A stretch of DNA of 63,208 bases, filler included, from Octopus bimaculoides (taxonomy: Eukaryota), in NCBI RefSeq assembly GCF_001194135.2. It is 4 parts of 3 records of this genome, joined end to end, with 100 filler letters (N's around TTAATTAATTAA, not from the genome) between each part and the next. Parts side by side here need not be neighbours in the genome. Positions count along the whole stretch, not along the records: positions 21,486 to 36,901 come from NC_068994.1; positions 37,002 to 58,893 come from NC_069008.1; 2 more parts are not named here. One strand, written 5' to 3'. Of this stretch, positions 25,140 through 38,382 are shown in pieces. The notes below the pieces were generated by a model, which saw only the letters and a program-made list of their open reading frames with translations, was not told the DNA's origin and searched no databases. Both the position numbers and the translations under genes were made by a program. Every line of letters begins with the position of its first letter. The stretch's first letter is position 1.

Positions 25140-25265
25140 CCCTTCTTCTTCTTCTTCTTCTTCTTCTTCTTCTCTTTTCCTCTTGCATCACATATTCCTT
25201 TTACTTCCTTTTCTTCTTCTTCTTCTTCTTCTTCTTCTTCTTCTTCTTCTTCTTCTTCTTCTTCT
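25140..25265. repeat. (CTT)n microsatellite in a long pyrimidine tract
   Basis: Direct tandem repeat ending at an assembly gap. Confidence 0.95.
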
Positions 25266-26244
25266 ATTTTNNNNNNNNNNNNNNNNNNNNNNNNNNNNNN
25301 NNNNNNNNNNNNNNNNNNNNNNNNNNNNNNNNNNNNNNNNNNNNNNNNNNNNNNNNNNNNNNNNNNNNNNNNNNNNNNNNNNNNNNNNNNNNNNNNNNNN
25401 NNNNNNNNNNNNNNNNNNNNNNNNNNNNNNNNNNNNNNNNNNNNNNNNNNNNNNNNNNNNNNNNNNNNNNNNNNNNNNNNNNNNNNNNNNNNNNNNNNNN
25501 NNNNNNNNNNNNNNNNNNNNNNNNNNNNNNNNNNNNNNNNNNNNNNNNNNNNNNNNNNNNNNNNNNNNNNNNNNNNNNNNNNNNNNNNNNNNNNNNNNNN
25601 NNNNNNNNNNNNNNNNNNNNNNNNNNNNNNNNNNNNNNNNNNNNNNNNNNNNNNNNNNNNNNNNNNNNNNNNNNNNNNNNNNNNNNNNNNNNNNNNNNNN
25701 NNNNNNNNNNNNNNNNNNNNNNNNNNNNNNNNNNNNNNNNNNNNNNNNNNNNNNNNNNNNNNNNNNNNNNNNNNNNNNNNNNNNNNNNNNNCTACCACCA
25801 TTACCACCACCATCACCGCCACCATCGCCACGAGCTTCATCACCACCACCACCATCACCACCACCAATACAACCACCACTGCCCCCATCATCATCATCAT
25901 CATCATCGATATCATTATCGACAAAGAGCGGGCGACGGTGACGTGAGAGAGAGAGAGAGAGAGAGAGACGGAGAGAGAGTAAGGTATGATAAGACAAGGT
26001 AAGGTAAGGTTTACGTTGGAGTTTTTCCAGGTGTTATAGCTTCAAACGGCTAGAGAGAGAAGATCAAAGGTTGTCGGCACAGCTCATAGTCTCTACGTCA
26101 ATTGCAACATCAGACAGCCTACTTATAAAGATGGCTGGATGTAGGTCAAGACTCATATATATATATATATATATATACAGACATACGTACGTACGTATAA
26201 GTAAATATATACATATATACATATAATTACATACATACGTACGT

Positions 26245-26277
<33 letters not shown>

Positions 26278-26281
26278 CATA

Positions 26282-26355
<74 letters not shown>

Positions 26356-26469
26356 CATACGTACGTACATATATGTAAATATACATATATACATATACAT
26401 ACATACATACGTACATATATATATCTATATATCTATATATACGTACGTACACATATATATGTGTATATA

Positions 26470-26512
<43 letters not shown>

Positions 26513-26629
26513 NNNNNNNNNNNNNNNNNNNNNNNNNNNNNNNNNNNNNNNNNNNNNNNNNNNNNNNNNNNNNNNNNNNNNNNNNNNNNNNNNNNNNNNN
26601 NNNNNNNNNNNNNNNNNNNNNNNNNNNNN

Positions 26630-26703
<74 letters not shown>

Positions 26704-27630
26704 GGGGGAAGTGCGTGATTAAGTGTTTAGGGCGTTTTACTTACGAACGCAGCATAGTGGCTTCGATTCCCTGACCGGAGATGTGTTGTATCCCCAACGA
26801 CTGAAACATGCAAAAGATAACATGCATTTAACCGAAGTATTGACAATACGTGGTTGGATACTTGAAACGAAAGAGGTCACAGATGTGTGATGAAAGATTT
26901 CCGGACAATGGACATTGAATTAGAATAAGAACAGTAATAAACGAGTGAAGAACGAATAAATAGTGCGTGTGTTTATTTGGCAAAAACTAAAACATAACCA
27001 TCCCAATATATATATATATATATATACACGCACAAATATGAAACGAATGCATATTGACAATGAATGAGATATATGCATAAATGTGAAAATACAGGACAAT
27101 TAAATCGCAACGATGATAGAAATGGAAGAAAAAAGATTAATTTCTTGTTTAATTGCAGTCTTTGCAGTTTCGATTTTAAGCATTTGGGGGAGCATAAATT
27201 ACGAAAAAAATATTTCGAAGACTGCCTACAAAAACAAAGAATTTCTGAATACTCATTTAATCTATTCACTTTTTAAAATAAAATCAATACTAAAAATGCA
27301 AATCTTACGGAAAACTATCATATATGCAAGGAATAACTTGACTCAGGATCGATCATTAGATTTTTTAAAACAACTCTTTCTGTTTCTTTCAAAATCAGGA
27401 TGAGAAGCATGTGTTAGGGTTATAGCAGGTTTGCTTTAACTATGAATATGTTGATAAAAACGTATTTTAAAACAATCTGCGGTCAGACATAGATAAGTCC
27501 ATTGGCGGCCGCAGTCTTATTGTTAAGAAAAGTAATTATTAGGGTTAATACAATTACAACAAGTATGTCCTTTAGATTTTTAGAATATATGTGTGTGTGT
27601 GTGTGTCTGTGTTTGTGCGTGTGAGCATAT

Positions 27631-27714
<84 letters not shown>

Positions 27715-27997
27715 GTATGTGTATTCATGTACACGCTACTCACTCACATCTCTATGTACGTAAACGATTATGTAATTTCATATACGTATACATATATCTT
27801 ATATATGTATATTCATATATATATGTGTGTGTATGTGTGTGTGTTTGTATGAACCCTCTCTTGCTTTGTCAGGCTTTCATACACACCTCACCTCTCCCCG
27901 ACCCTCTTTCTTCCTTCAATTATGTATGTTATTTCTTCTTCTACGAATGTTGTTCTTATTATCATTACCTTTATTATTATTATTATTATTATTATTA

Positions 27998-28064
<67 letters not shown>

Positions 28065-28446
28065 CAGTTATTATGATGATGAATTTGATGATGATGATAA
28101 TTAATATCATTATTATTGCTTTTTCTAGCAATTTTTTTTTTTACATATGTACTATTATTGTCCGAATGTTATGTAAACTATGATATTTCTGATTGCACAC
28201 TCATGACCACACGCTTACAAAAATACACGTGTGTATGTGTATGTATATATATATATATGCACGTGTGTGTATGAATGTGCTTGTGTATGTGTGTATATGT
28301 AGGTATGTTTATGTACAGTAAGACACATACAGACACAGACGTAAATGTATACACTCATTCATACGAGCACATAAGAAAATACAGACACTCACGCTCTCAG
28401 CAGGTCGGAATATTTCGGTATGTATGAAAAGGTAATCATTGCCGAG

Positions 28447-28484
<38 letters not shown>

Positions 28485-28952
28485 NNNNNNNNNNNNNNNN
28501 NNNNNNNNNNNNNNNNNNNNNNNNNNNNNNNNNNNNNNNNNNNNNNNNNNNNNNNNNNNNNNNNNNNNNNNNNNNNNNNNNNNNNNNNNNNNNNNNNNNN
28601 NNNNNNNNNNNNNNNNNNNNNNNNNNNNNNNNNNNNNNNNNNNNNNNNNNNNNNNNNNNNNNNNNNNNNNNNNNNNNNNNNNNNNNNNNNNNNNNNNNNN
28701 NNNNNNNNNNNNNNNNNNNNNNNNNNNNNNNNNNNNNNNNNNNNNNNNNNNNNNNNNNNNNNNNNNNNNNNNNNNNNNNNNNNNNNNNNNNNNNNNNNNN
28801 NNNNNNNNNNNNNNNNNNNNNNNNNNNNNNNNNNNNNNNNNNNNNNNNNNNNNNNNNNNNNNNNNNNNNNNNNNNNNNNNNNNNNNNNNNNNNNNNNNNN
28901 NNNNNNNNNNNNNNNNNNNNNNNNNNNNNNNNNNATTAACAGTAACTGCACG

Positions 28953-29411
28953 ATAAAGTGTAGTATATTGCCACTTAAGTGTGGCTGACCCCTAGGGGTG
29001 GAGGTTACTGTTGCTTTTAGCCCCAGGAGGACATCTCCTCCAGCTGGCTTATCGACACACGACTGTGTCCTGTTTGCCAAGGGAAGTTATCCCTCTCACC
29101 ATGATCTGTAGCACGAACGGATCCGGATTTCAGGGTTATTTCCCTTCGTCAAAGTAGATGTAAGATTGCCAGGATTTTGTCTCTCTCACCAGGGTCAGCG
29201 GCTATCGAACGCCGACGAAGGGAAATAACCCTGAAATCCGGATCCGTTCGTGCTACAGATCATGGTGAGAGGGATAACTTCCCTTGGCAAACAGGACACA
29301 GTCGTGTGTCGATAAGCCAGCTGGAGGAGATGTCCTCCTGGGGCTAAAAGCAACAGTAACATCCACCCCTAGGGGTCAGCCACACTTAAGTGGCAATATA
29401 CTACACTTTAT
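28953..29411. repeat. 198-bp near-perfect inverted repeat with 63-bp spacer (Penelope pLTR-like)
   Basis: The left arm 28953-29150 is the reverse complement of the right arm 29214-29411, with one mismatch seen (GGAGGTT vs GGATGTT). Confidence 0.92.
29183..29271 (+). ncRNA. Putative type I hammerhead ribozyme (U4C core) with extended helix I
   Basis: CGAACG(29206-29211)/CGTTCG(29245-29250); core CCGACGA; helix II AGGG/CCCT; GAAA; palindrome ATCCGGAT; AUC| site at 29244; distal pairing CTCTCACCA/TGGTGAGAG. Confidence 0.7.
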
Positions 29412-29886
29412 ATATATATATATATATGTGTGTGTATACACATACATATATATACACTTACATATATATACAGATATACATACATGTATACACACATATA
29501 TATACATACATACATATATATGGATATATACATACATACGTATACACACACATACACACACACACATATATATATAAAGGATAAAATTATTATTATAAAA
29601 TAATAACAATAATATCAGTGATTAACATGCTTTATTAATTTAATATAAATCTCACTGGCGATGGCTGAGCATTGACTGCAGGGCCTGAGATCGATCAATA
29701 TGAGATCATCTGTCTATTACTTGTCAATTTTATTTACAAAAATACGCTAATTTTCTATTTCTGCTTTCACCTCTGGATATGAGTAATATAAGTGGTCTAG
29801 AGTTGTTTTGACTTCTATTTCTAGCATGTTGGTATTTTCCCCAGTACTCTTCATTATACTTGTTCATATTTATATATGATTGTAGA

Positions 29887-29923
<37 letters not shown>

Positions 29924-30343
29924 GATAAATAATGTATAGATATATGCATATATACATACAAATATGTACATACCTACATATATATGTATATATACGTGCA
30001 TATGTGAGTACAGGACATCAAAAATCGTAGACACAATGAGAAACGAGAACAAAAAGCATAGAAAACGAACTTTTTTCGAACAAGGAAACAAAAAACAAAC
30101 AGAGAATATAAAAGTAAATATAGGATAAAATCTATATAAGAATTTATCAAGTAGTCAACGTGAAAACCTTATAAAGGAAATATTTATAATTATTCCCTTT
30201 ATATACATTTGCGGTTGAATCTGTTTCTAAGGGATAGCTTCCAAGTTGTAATCCCTCGCTATCGGTACACTGTACATCTATTATGGTAGTTTTGACTTTA
30301 AGTATCCTTCATAGCGTGAGGCATTTACGTGTAGCAATGCCCT

Positions 30344-30380
<37 letters not shown>

Positions 30381-30384
<4 letters not shown>

Positions 30385-30767
30385 TAGAAATTAGCAAAAT
30401 GTGGAACCTGAAGACTAAAACAATACCTATTGTCATAGGTGCCCTGGGAATGACAGCGAAACGGGCTGATTACTACCTAGCTCAGATACCAGGAAACCCC
30501 AAAATGGCTGAAGTTCAAAAGATAGTGCTCATGGGAACTTCCCATATCCTACGTAAAATACTGTCTATGTGATCTCAAATTTTAAAACAAACAGATAATT
30601 TTCTTATGGTTTCTTAAACATTCTCTAGAACAACACTATATACAAATCCAAATATATGGTACACTAGGCATAACACCTACATGAACTTCTAACTTGTTGT
30701 CTCTTGAGGTCTCTGGGTGAGACTTGGGTCCAACTTGTATAAATGCAAAGCAAAAGTCAAACATAAG
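30381..30767 (+). mobile_element. 5'-truncated Dong/R4-like RLE non-LTR retrotransposon in a (TAA)n tract
   Basis: IEISKMWNLKTKTIPIVIGALG..EVQKIVLMGTSHILRKILSM* matches the C-terminus of restriction-like-endonuclease LINEs. (TAA)n on both sides. Confidence 0.8.
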
Positions 30768-31782
30768 ATAATAATAATAATATATATACACACATAAATA
30801 AACACACACACACATATATCCCCACATCAGCCTTCTTCTACTTCATCTATCTATCTATCTATATATATATCTATCTATGTTTTTGCATTGGACGTGCTTG
30901 TAGATGTGCGCATCCGTGCGCGTTTGTATGTGTATGTGTGTACCTGTTTGTGTGTCTATATGTCACATACATAACAAGGAATGAAGTAATTTGCATTCAT
31001 GGCTGTTTTTGTTATACAGGTAAGGTCCCTGGAAAGGCAAAAAAAAAAATCTATTTCTTTCTTGTCTTCTTTCTTTCTTTCTTCTCTGTTCCTTTGTATC
31101 GTCTGCTCAACTCAGCTCAGACAAAATGGCGCCTGGATACCATGTAAGATTTTTACAATGATCTCCACGTATTAAAACCGGCGTTTGCCCGTTTGTCGAG
31201 CAATTAGTTTTCCTCTGCGTGAAGAGAGAAAGAAGACAAAACGTACATAAGGAAAAGAACAAATAAAACGCCTAAGACAAAATCAGAAACAAAACGAAAA
31301 AGCGGAAAAAGCAAAAATAAAGAAAGCAACAATGAGTAATAATAAAAACATAAAGAAATGAAACGAAACGAAACAACAAATAAATAAATGCAACAGAGAC
31401 TGGTAAAAATATTGTATTATAGAATAGAATAGAAACAAGAACACAAAAAGAGAAACGAAACGAAACACATAAATAAGTAAAAAAATATAGTTGGATAAAA
31501 AAGAAAAAAATATCTTAAAAAACCCAAAGCCATAACTAACCGAAAATAAGTAAATAATACCAAGGGAATAAAGTAAAAATAAAAATAAAATAGAACAAAA
31601 CAGAATAAAATAAATTAAAACGGAAAGAGAACCGAAGACTAGATAAGAAAAGGAAGGATCTAAGAAATGTCTGGATGTGTGTGTGTATGTGTATCGGTAT
31701 ATATGTATGTGCTTATGTACGTGTGTACGTCCGTCGGCTGTCTGCTTGTGTATGTATGTATGTATGCATGTATGCATGCATG

Positions 31783-31816
<34 letters not shown>

Positions 31817-31918
31817 TGTATGTATGTGTGTGTGTATGTAAGCTTATATACATGAATATTTGTATGTATACATACAGACAAATATATGTAAAATATAAAA
31901 ATATATGCATGTTTGTGC

Positions 31919-31919
<1 letters not shown>

Positions 31920-31968
<49 letters not shown>

Positions 31969-32007
31969 TTATCTACCTACCTACCTACCTATCTATCAAT
32001 CTACCTA

Positions 32008-32078
<71 letters not shown>

Positions 32079-32082
32079 ATGG
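31920..32082. repeat. (CTAT)n/(CT)n compound microsatellite
   Basis: Direct tandem repeats. Confidence 0.95.
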
Positions 32083-33719
32083 CTATCTGTCTATTTTTGT
32101 CTATACGTATGCATGTGCATGTTCGTCTTGGTCTTTTTCCCCCCTACAAAGACCGGTAAAAATTTTGAAGAACTCATCTCCTGCCCTGGAATTCGGATAA
32201 GAATTACATGTGGAACTTTAGGGGTGTCTTGCATATTTTTACCGAATCTTTTTACAAAGTGAAAATTTCCAAGTATACATAAGATAGTTTCTTTGCTTTG
32301 CTAGAAAATCCCGTAATTTTTCTGAGGTTATTCCTGAATAATTTACACAACAGTACATATATATAAATTCAGTCCCAACAAAAGGGTCTGAGATGAAATC
32401 CCTTACCAGGCAACAAAATACACCCCCGTAATATTTCAAAATTTTATTTGTAACAAACCAGTCTACCAGTTAAATCTATCTATTTAAGTAAAACAGATGC
32501 GGCCCATATGACGAGTCACCGCACATTTCCCGTCTACCTATTTTCATTCATAAGATATTAGTCAACAGTAAGTTCTCTTAGAAGGCACATGCCAAGGTCT
32601 GCACAGTGGGACCCAACCCGGAACCGCGTGACTGCGATGCGAACTCATTAACCACACGACCATCCCTGCGTCTGTATATTTATATCCAAGAATCTGTTGA
32701 GAGAGTTGGCTCAAACTGTTTCTGTCTATCCGACGTCATACAACACCTAACTGTTAGCTATCGTTATGCTACGTGAGAAGACTCTCGCCGAGGCGTCCTG
32801 CATAGTTGGACCCAATTCGCCGTGATGTGACAGAGAAGCGAACTTTTTAACCACGGAATCATGCCCGTGCTCGAATATTTATATACACGAATCTTTTGAA
32901 GAATTAGGTTAAGCGTTGTTTTGTAACCAAGAAGGAATGTTACGAGTTTAATACTATAAAAGAGAAAAAGGATAGAAAGAATCCGAGCAAACCGGTGATG
33001 ATCTGCTTCAAGTAATAATGATAATAATAGTAATAATAATGATAATAATAATAATAACCCTTTCTACTATAGGAACAAGGCCTAAAATTGTGGGGAGAGG
33101 GCTAGTCGATTACATCGACCCCAGTGTTCAACTAGTACTTATTTTAAAGACCCCGAAAGGAATTTGAACTTAGAACGTACTGACGGGCGAAATAGCGTTA
33201 AGCATTTCCTCCAGCGTGCCCACGATAATGATTTCAAATTTTGACACAGAACCAGTAATTTTTTTGGGGGTGGGTGGGGGNNNNNNNNNNNNNNNNNNNN
33301 NNNNNNNNNCTGGTACTTATTTTATCGACCACGAAAGGATGAAAGGCAAAGTTGACCTTAGTGGAGTTTGCCCGGCGTGCTAACGATTCTGTCATCTCGC
33401 TTCGAATAATGATAATAATAATAATAATAATAACAGTAAGGACTGCTTGACCACCGATGCTGGTTTGTTCATGTCGCCCGACTTAGCGATTCGACTAAGC
33501 GACCGATAGAATAAGTACCAGACTTAAAAAGAAAAAAAAATGAACAAAAACAAATACTGGAGTCGATATCTTCGACAAAAACCCCCCTTCAATGCAGTGC
33601 TCCAGCACGGTCGCAGTCCAATGGCTGAAGCAAGTAATAGAATTAAATGCAAGCGACAAACAGCATTTGTGGATATTGGGTTAAAAAAATATATACCAAG
33701 GGAGATAATTTGTTGCAAG

Positions 33720-33900
33720 TAAAGATAAGTAGAGACACCGACGGAAACCGCTTCACGAGTATTGGTGTGTTGGGAAAACATGCAACGTAGGAGATAGACT
33801 GTGGCAACTGGGAGACCATAGCATCTGACTGCTGAGCAAGTAGATCCATTTCTCTTAGTGACACCCAGCAACTGGTCTGAACTGAAGTATCTCATATTTT
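33720..33900 (+). mobile_element. Decayed RTE-like LINE ORF C-terminus
   Basis: EIDCGNWETIASDC*ASRS resembles the RTE C-terminal motif I...WE..A.DR..WR. Confidence 0.4.
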
Positions 33901-34795
33901 GCCAAGAGAATCCGACGTAGTCAAAAGAACAGATGGTTGTGATACACAGCAAATATATATGACTTAGCTTTGCTTTCAGTGCAAAATTATGTTTCTTAAG
34001 AATTAGATTAATTAGTTGCCAAAACAAACAGAAATAACTGAGGTAAATTAGTATTAACGTATTTTCTTTTACTGTTTACGTTTACTTTTTGTTTTAACTT
34101 TCTTGACTGCGGCCATGTTGGAACGACACCTTTGGGTATGATTGTTTTTTTTTTTTATCTTTTCACGCTCACTTCGCGACTTTCTCTTCGGAATCGTTTC
34201 TGGTTTTCGGGAAGTAGCAAGAGGGACAAAACTGCTCTTCTTTGTGTTTCCTGTCGTAATGTAAGTTCATTTAGTACTTTAGATAAAAATCGAAATCAAA
34301 TAATGCGGAAAAGAGACTTATTACTATTTTTATCACACATGGAGATACATGGCGTATTTTATAAATATGCATAGTTAAAATATGGTAGAAGCATGAAACT
34401 ATTGGTAGCTCTTTCGGTTGTGTATTTCAATTGATATTTATCTCTCACAAGACGGAATACTTTTTTTGTTGATTCTACCTATATTGAATCTCTCTCTCTC
34501 TATATATATATATATTTCTTCTCATGAATTATTACGAGGCAAGCTATCTCTGTAACCCTGAGTAGTTGGTGGATGCCTCTGACGAGAAACAAGACCATAC
34601 TGTTAAATTTCGAAATCACGTGATAAGGCTTTGTCCAACTATTTCTTTTTGTGAGTTTATTTCACAAAGGAAAGATCGTTTAGCTTGCTGTGCCCGCTTC
34701 CCGTAAATATAACGAGGTTAGTGTTTTTTTGTGGCTTTTAGAGTTAAATTTTGACTCTCATTTTTAGCAGACGCTCAGGGAAGGAAAGAAAGATG

Positions 34796-34831
34796 ATTTA
34801 ACGTTTCGAGCAGACGCTCTTGTTCGGAAAC
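34796..34831 (-). ncRNA. Decayed hammerhead-like motif (relative of 59117-59153)
   Basis: GTTT-CCGAACA-A-GAGC/GCTC-GAAA-CGT-T-AAAT. C3 and C8 cannot pair, so it is predicted to be inactive. Confidence 0.35.
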
Positions 34832-34883
34832 AGAGGAAAGTCCAATAGAAGGGAAGACAGTGGACGATAATCGCCGCGTGTGT

Positions 34884-35170
34884 GTGTGAAGGCACATGGC
34901 TCAGTGGTTAGAGCGTCGGGCTCGCAGTCATGAGTGAGTTCGATTCTCGGACCGGGCTGTATGTTGTGTTCTCGAGCAAAACATTTCACGTTGTTCTACT
35001 TCACTCTTCTGCCGAAACTAGTTGCGACGTTACTGGTATCAAGCTGCATCGGCTTCTGCCTTTCCCTTGGATAAATAACATCAGTGGCGTGGAGAGTAGA
35101 GGCTGATATGCACGGGCGACTGCTGGTCTTCCATAAATAACGTTGCTCGGACTTGTGCCTCGGAGTTATC
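34884..35170 (+). mobile_element. SINE family D-like element (tRNA-derived head)
   Basis: TGGCTCAGTGGTTAGAGCG (A box)..GAGTTCGATTCTC (B box), then a non-tRNA body. Confidence 0.75.
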
Positions 35171-36010
35171 CATTTCACATCTTCCACTCATCTATCTTTT
35201 AAAATATATATTTGAGGCCAGATAGACGTTTTTCCGGCTTCAACGCCCGTTATCAGTAGTATTCGAAAACATGGATGGGAGCTTTGTTGAATTGGAGAAT
35301 CATTGACATCAACTCTTTAAACGTTGGCTGTTACACAATCTGTTTAGCTGCAGCTACTTTGTCGGAAAAAAATGTCCAGTGATCTTTTGCGCATCCTTGT
35401 CCCAATACGCACGAAAACTCAAAGACCAATGACCGGAACACTAGCCTGGAGCAGTGAGCATCGTCGATAAAGCATCACCATACTTCAATAAATTACAAAA
35501 CTGCAGGTTATACAGTTAAGTGAAAATTTCTATATATTAAAACCGCCAGCGATATAATTCAATGGGCGATCAGAGATATTGTCTATTTGCTGTCATCGGA
35601 ATAAATTCTTTTTGAACAGCTTCCACATACCTGAAAATCCAAGGCCTAAAGATCCAGACACACAACCGTTTCATCTAACACTCGTCATAGAGAAGTTAGC
35701 CATTGACGCCTACAAGTTTGGCCTGTAGCTCTGTCAGAAACACTTCTGACAGGCCTCATATTTGATTAACGTGACGCCCGTTGGTCAATACAAGTTACCC
35801 GAGTTAGTGCGATGCAGACATGTGTTCAACCGCATGACCGCCATTCTTGGAAAAACTGAATAGCAATGGAATAAATTATCAACTTCTTCCTCATAAATGA
35901 ATAAATATGAACACCATACCATATACAGGATGTTTCCTTCTTTCGTTTGTGTATGTATGTATGTATCTGTTTGTTTGTCTGTCTGTTTGCCTGTCTACCT
36001 GCCTGCCCGA

Positions 36011-36093
<83 letters not shown>

Positions 36094-36864
36094 CGAACCA
36101 AATACCCCCGTTCGTTTGATAAGCCCACATAGAGTGAAAAGCATGGCTATATGCAATGATTCATGCATTTTTGGATTACTACACGCATAAATACAAGCAC
36201 ATAATGCATACACACATATGCACACACACATACGTATGCAACACAAATATACATACAAACTTATATATATATGCAAATTTATATATATATATATTTATAT
36301 ATAGACATAAGTACATGTAAGTATGCAAACACACGTATATGCATGTATACGCATACATAAATATGAATTACAAGCATATTTGCTTACGACACTTACAGAC
36401 ATACATACATACAAACATACATACAAACATACATACATACATGAACCCTACTGTACATACATAACGCGCATAGACCTAGTCACACGTAGCGAACAAACCA
36501 AACGGTGGGTCGAAAAAGAGTTGGTAAGAAGAGGGGTAGACGGACAAAATGGAGAAGAAAAGGGAAGAAGAACGAAGCAAAATGAAAGCGTATTATGGAA
36601 TTAATTGTTTTAAAAGATGCCCAGTGAGTTCAATAATGCTCTCATTCCCCGACGCAGCTCTTCCAGTCTCCCTCTTTTTCTCCACAAGCTTCCCAGCATG
36701 CCTCATAAAGCAAAGAAAATCCGTTGTTTGTTCTACAAGCTGTATTACTATATCGGATGCCAGCCATTATAAACCCAGCCTCATCTTCAACCTGAAATGG
36801 TCCGGAGGCATGGTCCCTCTCTGTCTGCTCCCTTTTGTTTATATAAGAAATCAATGTATTCGTG

Positions 36865-36901
<37 letters not shown>

Positions 36902-37001
36902 NNNNNNNNNNNNNNNNNNNNNNNNNNNNNNNNNNNNNNNNNNNNTTAATTAATTAANNNNNNNNNNNNNNNNNNNNNNNNNNNNNNNNNNNNNNNNNNN
37001 N

Positions 37002-37258
37002 AATGAGAGCATGTATCCCTGCCCCGTAAAATTCTGTTGACTGTTCTTTGAGCCACTGCTTCACTACAGTTTTCACTTCCTTGTCACTGAAATAATGTTT
37101 GCCTCTCAAACCCTCTTTCGTGGCACCGAAGAGATGATAGTCTGAAGGCGCTAAATCTGGTGAGTGTGGAGGTAGTGAAGAAGTGGCTCAAAGAACAGTC
37201 AACAGAATTTTACAGGACAGAGATACATGCTCTCATTCGAAGGTGGAACATTGCTATT
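37002..37258. mobile_element. Mariner C-terminal fragments arranged as a foldback
   Basis: Minus 37002-37166 reads SPDLAPSDYHLFGATKEGLRGKHY..KQWLKEQSTEFY; plus 37172-37258 reads VVKKWLKEQSTEFYRTEIHALIRRW. The arms match at 62/66. Confidence 0.85.
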
Positions 37259-37878
37259 ATAAATGAGTATCATTGTCATGTAAGTGGTGTCACTCATTTC
37301 CAATATTCTGCAAAAACATGCCATGGAAGGAAATATTACCTTGCTTGGAAACAAGTGAGGATTGGTGACAGGAAGAGCATTCAGTCACAAAAAATCTGCC
37401 TCTTTAGAAAAAGAACGCAGCTCCTATAACGGACAGAGTCAACAACTATTGAAGAGGTTGCAAGAAGCAATGAAAATTTGTAAAAACAAAAAAATTAAAT
37501 AAATAAGTAAACGAATGGAAATCAAACCAGTGAGTGTGTTAATTAATAAGGCATTAACACACAATGACTCTCCCCAGACACAACAAAATATGCTTCAATA
37601 TATGAATTCACATAAAGAATCTTGCAAACGAAATACAAAAACAATATTAAAAAATAAAACGACAGATAAATATATATTATGGATAAAGACATGTTTGAAC
37701 AAGAAAAATTGATTTTTAATGTTATATTTTTTGAAATAATTAAATTTTAATTTTATATAACATGCAATGTGTAAAGTAAATTTACAGTTTTTGTCTTCAT
37801 TAATTTTTTATTGTCATTTCACTGTTTAAAGCTTATGTAATTCATTTTTGGAGTGAAATCTATAAGGGATCATCCATG

Positions 37879-38119
37879 TTAATCCTTTATGATTCAGATT
37901 TTTCTGTCAGATGTAAAACTTATCCATTCACATTGTTTGAATTAATTGTTTTAAATTAGTTATGCTTTATCTTGTAGCTTCGAGTTTTTGATGATATAAT
38001 ACTTTATTTTTAGAATGACAATGTAGGGTAGGCGTGAGAGGCCAGATTAGGCTGATTTGAGCATAAAATAAGGAAAATATTTGGGCTGGATATAACTGGA
38101 TTAAATCCTAATGGGTTAA
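37879..38119. mobile_element. piggyBac-like MITE
   Basis: TTAA termini with (T/C)CCTT..GGG ends. Internal sequence ..TGTAGGGTAGG.GAGAGGCCA.. is shared with 50890-51117. Confidence 0.65.
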
Positions 38120-38382
38120 GTTAGTTTAGTCATGATATCTCACTCACCACTGAGATGGGGGCAGGGATTAACAACTACTTAAAAGAGGTGGGGGCGGGTT
38201 GGTGCTAAAAAAACAAAAAAATGGTTAAGAATCATTGTATTAGAGAAAAGATTTTTCTTCAATGAGAACACACTTCTAGATATATGAGATGGAACTTCAA
38301 AGTCAATTATTTCCGACAAACAACCACCAATCTACCTACGAAGGTTGGGGTTTCGAGTTCAGATTCGCAGCATAAGAATGCC

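Noticed and set aside
29284-29577. MANRTQSCVDKPAGG.. ORFs on both strands
   Set aside because: They are mirror translations of the inverted-repeat arms, start at non-ATG codons and run into microsatellite or gap.
34884-34960. tRNA-like sequences (also at 16425, 21600, 22826 and others)
   Set aside because: A and B boxes are present but there is no complete cloverleaf, and each continues into a SINE body. These are SINE heads, not tRNA genes.
35221-35262. Minus-strand CTGATAA..GAAAAACGTC hammerhead-like motif
   Set aside because: C3/A8 mismatch, extra A residues and no good helix I.
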